A stretch of DNA of 63,790 nucleotides, counting the filler, from Octopus bimaculoides (Eukaryota), in assembly GCF_001194135.2 (NCBI RefSeq). It is 4 parts of 4 records of this genome, joined end to end, with 100 filler letters (N's around TTAATTAATTAA, not from the genome) between each part and the next. Parts side by side here need not be neighbours in the genome. Positions count along the whole stretch, not along the records: positions 1 to 24,299 come from NC_068997.1; 3 more parts are not named here. The stretch is one strand, 5' to 3'. The stretch's first letter is position 1. Every line of letters starts with the position of its first letter. The position numbers and the translations under genes are program-made. This document shows positions 1 through 11,281 of the stretch, in pieces. The notes below the pieces were generated by a model. The model was not told the origin of the DNA. It was given only the letters and a program-made list of their open reading frames with translations, and did no database searches.

Positions 1-16
1 TATATATATAATTGTA

Positions 17-410
17 CAGGATGCTCAAAAATTCTCTCGGCAGTACGTATTTTATTGCAAACTAAATACTTATAAGATGGTATAAGACTACAAAAGAATA
101 TATTAGACTTTACAAGACTTTAAAAATCTATATAAAAGATGCTGGAAGTGTCGTCCTTCGTTTTCAGTACATAAGTTGACTCTTCTTCACATGTTTTGGA
201 ATACATCTTGGAGTGTGTGACGCGGTATAGACTGTGTGAAGGTTATGATTGCGTCTTTTAGCACATTAATGGTTTTCGGGCGATTCTTGTACACTGATCT
301 TTTACTTGCTCCCCAGACGAAAAAAAAAAAAAAAGTCAGGCAGTGTTAAATCAGGTGATCTTGGGGACCAAAGTCCTTTCGAAATATTCCATTCATCGAA
401 AAAATTCACT
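17..410 (-). mobile_element. Tc1/mariner transposase C-terminal remnant with right TIR
   Basis: Minus strand reads WSPRSPDLTLPDFF..WG..SVYKNRPKTINVLKDAI..IPRHTLQDVFQNM*RRVNLCTENEGRHFQHLLY (PRSPDL motif and typical C-terminus); ends at TA-CAGGATG beside (TA)n; frameshifted. Confidence 0.8.
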
Positions 411-455
411 GCGGAGAGACTTTTTGAACGCGAGGTATCTATAGAGATAGATAAA

Positions 456-604
456 GGGCCTCTTTCAGTTCCCATTTACCAAACCTACAAGGCTTTGGTC
501 AGCCTGGAGCTATAATAAAAGACACCAGCGCAAGGTGCCACACAGTGTAACTGAACCAAGAACCATTTCATCGGGAAGGAAACTTCTTTCCACAGAACCA
601 CGTC
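456..604 (-). mobile_element. SINE family C, degraded 5' half
   Basis: Diverged reverse-complement match to the head and CORE-like part of the copy at 58971-59325 (CACCTTG..TGTCTT.....ATAGC). Confidence 0.7.
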
Positions 605-1341
605 CGTACTTATTGTAGTGCATGCCATAATTTACTCTTTTAACGAAGCTAATTTCAGCCAATCAGGCAAAAGGAAAACAAAAGTAGATAGAATATAAAC
701 TTGTTCCATGCTCATGTAATGAAGATTTATGTTCTAACCACCCGCAACATTTATTTCGTTATTTTAGTTCCATTATAGACACCAGGTTTTAAGTACATTA
801 TTCTTGAAAAATTACGTAAATGCAAAAGCAACGCTCGTCTTAGTTTTCATAGGGCGAAATGATATAATTATGCAGATTAAGCAATTTGAATAGAAAAGAA
901 AAGCGTTTGTCCTGACCAATATAATTGTAAGTGCGTGGGTGTCTGTAAGGCTGTGTGTGCATGTGTGTATATATGTATGTGTGTGTGTATGTGTGTGCGC
1001 GTGCGTGTGTGTGTGTGCGTACGTTCGTGTGTGTATATATTTGACATCATTAGAATTTTATAAGCTTTCAAAAGATTGTGAAATAATTCTTTTTTGGAAT
1101 AGTATATCTCGAAGCACACATGTAATGCTATAAGCAATAGCATGTTACATATTGGGTTGAAAAACTTTTTTCGCACAGAAAATGCCGAAGGTTATTACTT
1201 GTAGCCTTATGTGCGTACTTCGAGATGCACTGCTCCAAAAAGGAATATATAGATTGACTTGGAAACAGTTTGCAAACGCAATCAGTCGAAAATCCGTATA
1301 CTGGATGCCAGCATATTTCAGGGGTCATCAGGAATAATGGG

Positions 1342-1489
1342 GCCAATGGTGATTTTTATTAAATAAATTTACTCTTTAGTATTTCAAGATATTTTTATGT
1401 AATTTTGGTAAATATATCTGTTAAAATGAGATGTCAGTGTTATTTTCATTTTTGCGTAATTTAGACAACAATATATTCACCCCACCCTA
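1342..1489 (+). mobile_element. Tc1/mariner right end (TIR-containing)
   Basis: Reverse complement of 1749-1895 at roughly 90% identity; ends in CACCCCACCCTA followed by (TA)n. Confidence 0.8.
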
Positions 1490-1748
1490 TATATNNNNNN
1501 NNNNNNNNNNNNNNNNNNNNNNNNNNNNNNNNNNNNNNNNNNNNNNNNNNNNNNNNNNNNNNNNNNNNNNNNNNNNNNNNNNNNNNNNNNNNNNNNNNNN
1601 NNNNNNNNNNNNNNNNNNNNNNNNNNNNNNNNNNNNNNNNNNNNNNNNNNNNNNNNNNNNNNNNNNNNNNNNNNNNNNNNNNNNNNNNNNNNNNNNNNNN
1701 NNNNNNNNNNNNNNNNNNNNNNNNNNNNNNNNNNNNNNNNNTTATACA

Positions 1749-2035
1749 CAGGGTGCGGTGAATAAATTGTTGTCTAAATTACGCAAAAATGAAAATAACA
1801 CCGTCATCTCATTTTAATAGATATATTTACCAAAATTGCATAAAAATATCTTGAAATACTAAAGAGTAAATTTATTTAATAAAATCAGCATTGGCTTCAA
1901 CCAAGGCCTCCAGACGACTTCGGAATCTCCTGCCACTCTTCTGGACGGTCTCCTTGTTTAAGTGGTGAATGCTGTCATAATCCTTGCCTTCAGTTCATCT
2001 TAGGTATTACAAGGAGTTTTGTCGGCCTCTCGGAG
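1749..2035 (-). mobile_element. Tc1/mariner (maT/DD37D-like) transposase C-terminus and right TIR
   Basis: Minus strand reads DKTPCNT*DELKARIMTAF..LNKETVQKSGRRFRSRLEALVEANADFI; terminus CAGGGTGCGGTGAATAAATT. Confidence 0.75.
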
Positions 2036-2171
2036 ATATAATATGAGTAATAATAGTGGCTTTATAATGGTTTTTGACTGATGTTTCTAAACATGAAAGG
2101 GTTTTTGAAACCCTCTAAGCTATAATTGTGACTTGTTCATAATTATAAACAGTATTCTTTTATATATGTAT

Positions 2172-2198
2172 GTATATTTATATCTATATCTATATCTA

Positions 2199-2265
<67 letters not shown>
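2172..2265. repeat. (TATATC)n/(TATC)n microsatellite running into a gap
   Basis: Direct reading. Confidence 0.95.
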
Positions 2266-3181
2266 NNNNNNNNNNNNNNNNNNNNNNNNNNNNNNNNNNN
2301 NNNNNNNNNNNNNNNNNNNNNNNNNNNNNNNNNNNNNNNNNNNNNNNNNNNNNNNNNNNNNNNNNNNNNNNNNNNNNNNNNNNNNNNNNNNNNNNNNNNN
2401 NNNNNNNNNNNNNNNNNNNNNNNNNNNNNNNNNNNNNNNNNNNNNNNNNNNNNNNNNNNNNNNNNNNNNNNNNNNNNNNNNNNNNNNNNNNNNNNNNNNN
2501 NNNNNNNNNNNNNNNNNNNNNNNNNNNNNNNNNNNNNNNNNNNNNNNNNNNNNNNNNNNNNNNNNNNNNNNNNNNNNNNNNNNNNNNNNNNNNNNNNNNN
2601 NNNNNNNNNNNNNNNNNNNNNNNNNNNNNNNNNNNNNNNNNNNNNNNNNNNNNNNNNNNNNNNNNNNNNNNNNNNNNNNNNNNNNNNNNNNNNNNNNNNN
2701 NNNNNNNNNNNNNNNNNNNNNNNNNNNNNNNNNNNNNNNNNNNNNNNNNNNNNNNNNNNNNNNNNNNNNNNNNNNNNNNNNNNNNNNNNNNNNNNNNNNN
2801 NNNNNNNNNNNNNNNNNNNNNNNNNNNNNNNNNNNNNNNNNNNNNNNNNNNNNNNNNNNNNNNNNNNNNNNNNNNNNNNNNNNNNNNNNNNNNNNNNNNN
2901 NNNNNNNNNNNNNNNNNNNNNNNNNNNNNNNNNNNNNNNNNNNNNNNNNNNNNNNNNNNNNNNNNNNNNNNNNNNNNNNNNNNNNNNNNNNNNNNNNNNN
3001 NNNNNNNNNNNNNNNNNNNNNNNNNNNNNNNNNNNNNNNNNNNNNNNNNNNNNNNNNNNNNNNNNNNNNNNNNNNNNNNNNNNNNNNNNNNNNNNNNNNN
3101 NNNNNNNNNNNNNNNNNNNNNNNNNNNNNNNNNNNNNNNNNNNNNNNNNNNNNNNNNNNNNNNNNNNNNNNNNNNNNNNNN

Positions 3182-3213
<32 letters not shown>

Positions 3214-3963
3214 TGTATGCAGGTATTCAAGTACATACATGTATATGCACGCATACACACACACACACACACACAGACAGACACACACACACACACGCAC
3301 ACACACAATCAACATAAACGAAGAAGTAGCGTCCGCTGTGTTGACGATAAGGAAAACTTAAAGGCATGCGCACTCATTCATGCTCTTACACGTACGAGCC
3401 TTAACAAGGAATATAATGATTGTATTTTCGTCTATTGTTCTTTTACTGACTTCAAAGTTTAGAAGACGATCAAAGTTCAAGAAGAAAAAGAATTAAGCTG
3501 TAATAGTGCAAGTGCCACCGTTGATATTATCAGCTTCGAAAGTGAATGCAACAATATGTAATGACAAGATAACGGTTAGAGCCATGGATAATAAAGAGAA
3601 CGAGGACGATCATACAAAAAACACAGCGCAGTTGCATATAATCTAACTTTACCAATGCTACCATTACCCCTTTCATTGTACCTACTGGTAGCATCATCAT
3701 CAACCTCGTCATTTTCCTCATTACCAGCAGCAAGCATGTATAGTAACATCTATAAGAGAGGGGCTCTACAAGTCTTGTTCAATTGCCAGATTTGCTGCAA
3801 GAATCTTTGAGTAATTTCTCTAGAAGAGAAAGAATAGATCCAAGAAAGACCAAAATGATACTCAAAGAAACTTTCAGAAACTTCATATGGGCAGCATCAA
3901 CCATATCACCCATAATATCAGAGTTCTTGTGGGAAACAGTGAGAAGAGTTTTCACTTAGTATT

Positions 3964-4353
3964 TTGTTGTTGTTGCACTCTGTCGCTTACGACGTCGAGG
4001 GTTCCAGTTGATCCGATCAACGGAACAGCCTGCTCGTGAAATTAACGTGCAAGTGGCTGAGCACTCCACAGACACGTGTACCCTTAACGTAGTTCTCGGG
4101 GAGATTCAGCGTGACACAATGTGACAAGGCTGACCCTTTGAATTACAGGCACAACAGCAACAGGAAGTAAGAGTGAGAGAAAGCTGTGGTGGAAGAGTAC
4201 AACAGGGTTCGCCACCATCCCCTACCGGAGCCTCGTGGAGCTTTAGGTGTTTTCGCTCAATAAACACTCACAACGCCCAGTCTGGGAATCGAAACCGCGA
4301 TCCTATGACCGCGAGTCCGCTGCCCTAACCACTGGGCCATTGCGCCTCCACAC
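3964..4353 (-). mobile_element. SINE family A, full length, with 12-bp TSD
   Basis: tRNA-like head with A box TGGCCCAGTGG and B box GGTTTCGATTCC; (CAA)n tail; TCACTTAGTATT duplicated at 3952-3963 and 4354-4365; homologous copies at 23472, 28188 and 38783. Confidence 0.9.
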
Positions 4354-4547
4354 TCACTTAGTATTACACTGTATGCAAAGGATAGCAGGTAGAAATGGCC
4401 ACCAGTCAACTTTGTAGAGCAGTGTCTTGGGGGAATATTGTTTGACGTAAGCTTCGTTAATCAGCCCAGGTGATAGGATATTCTGGAGGTAAAAACTCTG
4501 AGTGACTCATGCACCAGTGGCACTTCTCTGTTCTATGCTATGTTCCT

Positions 4548-4867
4548 TTATTCTTTTACTAGTTTCAGTCATTAGACTTCGGTCATGCTGGAGCACCGCC
4601 TTGAAGAAATTTAGTCGAATGAATCGAACCCCAGTACTTTTCCTTTCTTTTAAGGCCTGGCGTTTATTCTATGGTCTCTTTTACCGAACCGCTATGTTAC
4701 GAGGGCCTAAACAAACCAACACCGGTTGTCAAGCGGTGGCGAGGGACAGGCACAACACACACACACACTCACACACAAACACTCACACACATGCACACAC
4801 ACACACACACACACACACACTCCACCCATGCCTTCTACACCTCCCAACACCCTCACANNNNNNNNNN

Positions 4868-4926
<59 letters not shown>

Positions 4927-5083
4927 ACGGGCTCCTTTCAGTTTCCGCCTACCAAATCCACTCAAAAGGCTTTGGTTGGCTCGAGGTTATAGTAGAAGAC
5001 ACTTGCCTAAGGTGCTACGCAGTGGGACTGAACCCAAATCCATGTGTTGGGAAGCAAGCTTCTGTATCACATAGCTACATCCT
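4548..5083 (-). mobile_element. SINE family C, full length, with internal (CA/TG)n
   Basis: Head, CORE-like segment, internal microsatellite and 3' tail colinear with the copies at 50622 and 58971. Confidence 0.85.
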
Positions 5084-5299
5084 CATTCTGAAATACATAT
5101 ACCGGTACCTGCAGAGTGTGAAGTTGTTGAATGTGACGCAAAGATTAAACATCTAGAGGCTTGTAGCGCGTGTTGTTCTAAAGAGGAAAGATTCAATCCA
5201 ACTTGTAAAGAAAAACCGCCAGAAAAATTCGTCTGAAACTAGTGTGGAAGTCTTGGCCCAGTTAGAACCTGGAAAACTTGGACGTAATCTAAAACCGCA

Positions 5300-5900
5300 A
5301 TGCCGTATCAAACGACACCGAAGTTTATGTTATGGTGGAAGGTAACAGGATGTATATCTGACATCAATCTGATGATCTGCTCATAGAAGAAGCCAAGGCG
5401 ACATGGAACCACACACTGCTCCTGCCCTTGCCCATACAGCCACGTGAACAGAACAACCACGTCAGCAATATCAAGCAACTACAACAGAAGCAGCAGCAGC
5501 AACAACAACAACAACAACAGGATATGCTCCAGAAATAGCAACAACAATAGCAGCAGACACTCAAATTACTGCTGAGGCTAGCATAAGTAATCAATATAGA
5601 CGACACAATTATGCCAACCAACCTTTCTACGTCATCACTTCGACTTTTCCGAATCTTCCTAATTCCCGTAAAACAACGAAAAACAGCTGACTGAATATAA
5701 TAACAAACCGTAGCTATGGGAAGAAGGAGAAAGCTAATGTCCAATGACCGTCATCCAACTACAAAACATAAGAGAAAGATCTACGTGTGGCCAAAGAGAA
5801 GTTTACCTCACTAAAAGCTCCACTATACCCTGACCACTATTACAATATCAACAACAATATAAAGAACAAAGAACAACTAAACACAAAATCACAACAAAAA
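5300..5900 (+). mobile_element. possible degenerate Tx1/L1 ORF1 remnant (low complexity)
   Basis: YVMVEGNRMYI*HQSDDL resembles a decayed gag-knuckle context, followed by Thr/Ala/Gln-rich text; multiple stops; weak. Confidence 0.25.
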
Positions 5901-6188
5901 CAACAACAAAAGCATCAGGCAGAGCAGAAACAATTGCAACATTGCTAGTTTCTGAAGCTAATGTGGGACAATTGTTGACCAGTTATAGTTCGGGTGCAGG
6001 TGTCAACCGATTCCTTTTTGAAGACCTCCCAACAGCCCTACTTTGGCAAAAATGGCAGGCACTTTACTGCTGTTTAGTAAAATATGGTCAAATGTGCTAT
6101 ATTTTGGACGCTGCGGAATGGATAGATCTTCACCTTCCTGCTACCTCATCATCTTCTTTATGAAACAATTGAAACGAAAGAAAAGGTG

Positions 6189-6191
<3 letters not shown>

Positions 6192-6282
<91 letters not shown>
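6192..6282. repeat. (GA)n microsatellite
   Basis: Direct reading, about 45 units. Confidence 0.97.
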
Positions 6283-6283
<1 letters not shown>

Positions 6284-6699
6284 GGAATGAGACAGGTGCT
6301 ACCTACAAAAATATTGTAATTAAAGATGGGTGCAATTAGTGAGCATGATAGGGATTATTATAAAATTTCGTTTTTATGTAGTAATCAGAATGTCAACGAA
6401 TGGTAGGAGAAATAGATAATCGGAATTGTAGGGTGCCATTATTATTTCTAGGTGGAGTTTCCCTCCCATTTTAGGTAGAGGCTGTTTGTAAATTTATGTT
6501 CTGGCTTTTTTATTGTTGATCCCATTGTCCGTTTATTGTATTTTGAAAACAAAACTTTATTTTTGTTAATTCATTTATTATCAAAGATCATAAAATGGTT
6601 AACTGGATATTTTTTCTCTTTTAAAAATGCTTTGTGTACCTTATTGCGTACACAATCCAAACGTGCATCCAAGATAGCTCTAACACTAAAGAGGGGGAT

Positions 6700-7180
6700 G
6701 ATTCCCGGAAATCTTCCAGACGCCTGATGAAATCCGGTGGAGCAGTCGAATTTCTTCAGATGTCTGGAGGGTTCGGATTAATGGCCGTGTATCCACTCTC
6801 CTCAGTCAAAGTGTTGGAATAGGTGTTGTTGCTGCTGCAGATGCGGTTGTTTGTATTAGGTTTGTTGCTATCGCTACTGTTGTTCTTCTCTTTGCTGCTA
6901 CTCCTTCGTCTTTTGAGTTGTGGCGGTGTCAGTATTGGAGGACCTTCTGTTTGTTGAAGACAGAAAACACTTAACTAGCCTTCCGCGTCACGCAAGTGGA
7001 AACTTGGCCTTCTGCTCAACACACAAATCCATGTCTAGCACCTTTTCCTCATCCCCCGGTTTGATGTGGAGGAGTATCTCCAGTGTAGTCCCAAACCTCG
7101 GCTGGAATTGCAACGCGCGATCTTCTCCCATTCACCTTTACAAGCTATTTCGCCTGTGTCAGACGTATCTCCATGTCGTT
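6700..7180 (-). mobile_element. possible degenerate Tx1/L1 ORF1 remnant
   Basis: Minus strand TTLEILLHIKPGDEEKVLDMDLCVEQKAKFPLA*RGRLVKCFL resembles the lead-in to a CCHC knuckle, then low-complexity sequence; weak. Confidence 0.3.
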
Positions 7181-7186
7181 TACAAA

Positions 7187-7383
7187 CTAAGCATTTCGCC
7201 CGGCGTGCTAACGTTTCTGCCAGCTCGCCCGCCTTGCGGTGGTGATATTACTGTTCTTGAGCAAATGGTAGTGGCATGAGAAGTTTCTCCCTCTATCTTC
7301 ACGTTTAATCACGTAAGCTTTTCCGCCGACAAAATTCGAAACGAGGAAATAGTAACAGACGATAGGAAATGAATATTAAAAAA
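7187..7383 (+). repeat. local direct duplicate of 7829-8041
   Basis: Near-identical about 200-bp copy (SINE B head plus unique flank), differing by one substitution and a 16-bp indel. Confidence 0.92.
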
Positions 7384-7656
7384 GTATACTGTTGATTTTG
7401 TTGTTATTCCAGCGACAAAAAAAAAAAAAGCCTGCCTGTGGAATTACTTTCACCATTTTATCTTCGTTGTTATTCACGTTGTTTGTGTGGCCGTTGTTAC
7501 TGTTCCTGTTGCTGTTGCTGCTGTTGTTGACATTGTGTTGTTAAAAACGTTGTCCATAAGATGTCAGTACCATTGTGGTTATGGTTGTTATTGTTGTTGT
7601 TGTTGGTGGTGGTGGTGTAGGTGATAGAGGTGGTGGTGGTGGTGGTGGTGATATTA

Positions 7657-7876
7657 CTTATTTCTTTATTGCCCACAAGGGGACAAACAAGGACAGACAA
7701 AGGGATTAAGTCGATTACATCGACTCCAGTGCGTAACTGGTACTTATTTAATCGACCCCGAAAGGATGAAAGGCAAAGTCAACCTCGGCGGAATTTGAAC
7801 TCAGAACGTAAAGGCAGATGAAATACCGCTAAGCATTTCGCCCGGCGTGCTAACGTTTCTGCCAGCTCGCCCGCCT
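7657..7876 (-). mobile_element. SINE family B, tail type a
   Basis: tRNA-like head (A box TGGCAGAA, B box GAGTTCAAATTCC); central GCCTTTCATCCTTTCGGGGTCGAT..AAGTACCAG domain; tail ..TTGTGGGCAATAAAGAAATAAG. Confidence 0.9.
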
Positions 7877-8744
7877 TGTGGTGGTGATATTACTGTTCTT
7901 GAGCAAATGCTCTCGGATGAAGCTGGTAGTGGCATGAGAAGTTTCTCCCTCTATCTTCACGTTTAATCACGTAAGCTTTTCCGCCGACAAAATTCGAAAC
8001 GAGGAAATAGTAACAGACGATAGGAAATGAATATTAAAAAAAAACTCCTGCTCCTTAGGACACAATTTGGCACTTCACCCCTTTACAGAGACGTGGGGGT
8101 AGTCAACGTTTTAACAAACTTTTGCAACAGGAAAATTATTTTGAACAAACTTTAACAAACCTTCGGAAGCCGATGCAACATACGTTTGACACAAACGATA
8201 ATAATATTTTTTCTATTAGATGCACAAGACCTGAAAAGACCTGAAAAGGGTAAAAGGTAAAGTCGACTTCAGTGGAATTTGAACTCAGAACATACAAGCA
8301 GACGAAATAAAACTAAGCAATTTGGAGGGCATGCAAACGACTATGCCAGCTAACGGTCGTAATATCAGCTGTAGTAGTAGACACTAATATAAAAAAATCA
8401 TTCAGTTAATTCATTTTATTATATTTTTATGCTTCACAACGTTTTGTTTTTCTTTAGCTTGATAAACGAAAAGAAACACTTGTTCACAGTTCAGTAAATA
8501 TAAATATGCATTAGCTACCACAGCAAAACCTTATAAATAGAATTACAAGAAAAGGAATGCACAGAGCTCAGCCACTTGCGTAGTTTTACAGTTCACTGCT
8601 ATTAATCTTCGCGACAATGTTCATGATTAATGAGAGAAAAGTACATCGCTGTGTATTAACAAGTTTATCGATTAATAAAAAAAAAAAAAAAAACGCAGCA
8701 CACATAAGGCTTTATTGTTGGCAAATTTAAGGACCGTAATTGGC

Positions 8745-8767
8745 GGCTTTGTATGTGTGTGTGTGTG

Positions 8768-8837
<70 letters not shown>

Positions 8838-8968
8838 CGTATATATATATATGTATGTATGTATACACACACATATACAAAGCATAGAACATACATACAT
8901 ACATATATATATACACGTATATATATACATATATATAAACGTATATGTATATGTATGTATATACGTAT

Positions 8969-9001
<33 letters not shown>

Positions 9002-9171
9002 CATACATATATATACACAAATATATATATAAATATATGTGTGTGTGTATATACGTATATATATATATATATATATATAGCTGTATATTCATGTGTATAT
9101 GTGTGTATGTGTAGAGATGTATTTGTGTGTGTTTATATGTGTATGTGAATATCTTTATCTATATCTCTCTC

Positions 9172-9202
<31 letters not shown>

Positions 9203-9205
9203 TTG
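8745..9205. repeat. compound (GT)/(CA)/(TA) microsatellite
   Basis: Direct reading; source of the spurious YIYI/HTHT ORFs. Confidence 0.95.
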
Positions 9206-10586
9206 TATAAAATAAATGTATATATATGTTTGTGTTTCTATTTGTGTATATATACATATATACGCAATGGCCCGGGAACGAAATTTGCTTAGTGGATGCA
9301 AACTCAGGTCCAAAACAATTTACGAACAAAGTAGATTTTACCAATCCTAATAACAAAACAAACACAGGTACAATAATAATTTTTATCATTGTGAAGGTCG
9401 GCTGAAAAGATATTCTCATGGGATATGACCGATCTTATCTGCTGGTCTTAAGTTTTTGAAATTTTAAAGTGAAGTGAAAATCTTCAAGTTTGGTATATTC
9501 TTGTAATTTTTCACACCGAATCTGATGTTATTCACTTGTTCCAGAATAATTTTAGAAAAATGTTACAGAGGTTTAAAGTTCGATCATTTTAACCCAATCA
9601 GAAAGCAGGATTTGGAAACTAGCATTTTCTCAGTGATGACTGNNNNNNNNNNNNNNNNNNNNNNNNNNNNNNNNNNNNNNNNNNNNNNNNNNNNNNNNNN
9701 NNNNNNNNNNNNNNNNNNNNNNNNNNNNNNNNNNNNNNNNNNNNNNNNNNNNNNNNNNNNNNNNNNNNNNNNNNNNNNNNNNNNNNNNNNNNNNNNNNNN
9801 NNNNNNNNNNNNNNNNNNNNNNNNNNNNNNNNNNNNNNNNNNNNNNNNNNNNNNNNNNNNNNNNNNNNNNNNNNNNNNNNNNNNNNNNNNNNNNNNNNNN
9901 NNNNNNNNNNNNNNNNNNNNNNNNNNNNNNNNNNNNNNNNNNNNNNNNNNNNNNNNNNNNNNNNNNNNNNNNNNNNNNNNNNNNNNNNNNNNNNNNNNNN
10001 NNNNNNNNNNNNNNNNNNNNNNNNNNNNNNNNNNNNNNNNNNNNNNNNNNNNNNNNNNNNNNNNNNNNNNNNNNNNNNNNNNNNNNNNNNNNNNNNNNNN
10101 NNNNNNNNNNNNNNNNNNNNNNNNNNNNNNNNNNNNNNNNNNNNNNNNNNNNNNNNNNNNNNNNNNNNNNNNNNNNNNNNNNNNNNNNNNNNNNNNNNNN
10201 NNNNNNNNNNNNNNNNNNNNNNNNNNNNNNNNNNNNNNNNNNNNNNNNNNNNNNNNNNNNNNNNNNNNNNNNNNNNNNNNNNNNNNNNNNNNNNNNNNNN
10301 NNNNNNNNNNNNNNNNNNNNNNNNNNNNNNNNNNNNNNNNNNNNNNNNNNNNNNNNNNNNNNNNNNNNNNNNNNNNNNNNNNNNNNNNNNNNNNNNNNNN
10401 NNNNNNNNNNNNNNNNNNNNNNNNNNNNNNNNNNNNNNNNNNNNNNNNNNNNNNNNNNNNNNNNNNNNNNNNNNNNNNNNNNNNNNAAGACACAAAAGAT
10501 GTCGAAATATCGTTCACTAGATAACAATGGTACTCTTCTTTTAATTTTGACTCTATATCTTCAAGAGGAATTACCTCAATCCTATC

Positions 10587-10645
<59 letters not shown>

Positions 10646-10647
<2 letters not shown>

Positions 10648-10809
10648 TACAGAAAATTGCACTACTGGGTACTGCACACATTCTACGCAAAACACTTTCA
10701 ATACAGTAAACATAAGAGCACCACAGCAAACCACAGCACATACCCAAGGCGCACAGAGCTGCGCTCGGTAGTGAAGTGAAAGCACGTTATAAAAATAAAA
10801 CTACTGAAC
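10646..10809 (+). mobile_element. R4/Dong-type RLE LINE, extreme 3' end
   Basis: IQKIALLGTAHILRKTLSIQ* (conserved RLE C-terminus) plus 3' UTR, flanked by (AAT)n on both sides (10589-10645 and 10810-10821). Confidence 0.8.
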
Positions 10810-10822
10810 AATAATAATAATA

Positions 10823-11000
10823 CTTTCTACTATAGGCACAAGGCCTGAAAAATTGGGGGATGATGCTAGTCAATTATATCGACTCCAGTACTTAACTGGT
10901 TCTTATTTTATCGACCCCGAAAGGTAAAGGCGACCACGGAGGAATTTGAACTCAGAATGTAAAGAGCTGGAAGAAACACCGTAAAATATATTTCCTGACC
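10823..11000 (-). mobile_element. SINE family B, tail type b
   Basis: Central domain plus tail CAGGCCTTGTGCCTATAGTAGAAAG followed by (ATT)n. Confidence 0.8.
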
Positions 11001-11059
11001 TTCAAAGCGCCCCCCGGTAAGTGTCTTCGACTTTGAGGGAAATTTAACGAACAGGGATA

Positions 11060-11221
11060 CAGGGCTGCGTGGTAAGAAGCTGGGTTCCCACCCGCATGGT
11101 TCAGGGTTCAGTCGCAATGCGTGGCACCTAGGACAAGTGTTTCTACTGTAACCGCAGGTTAACCAAAGCCTTGTAAGTGGTTTTGGTTGACGGAAACTGG
11201 AAGAAGTCCGCCGTATATATA

Positions 11222-11280
<59 letters not shown>
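11060..11280 (+). mobile_element. SINE family C, 5' half ending in (GT)n
   Basis: Matches the family C head and CORE-like segment; stops in the internal microsatellite. Confidence 0.8.

Positions 11281-11281
<1 letters not shown>

Noticed and set aside
4280-4353. tRNA-like sequences with A and B boxes
   Set aside because: They are SINE heads fused to SINE bodies, with no complete cloverleaf; not called as tRNA genes.
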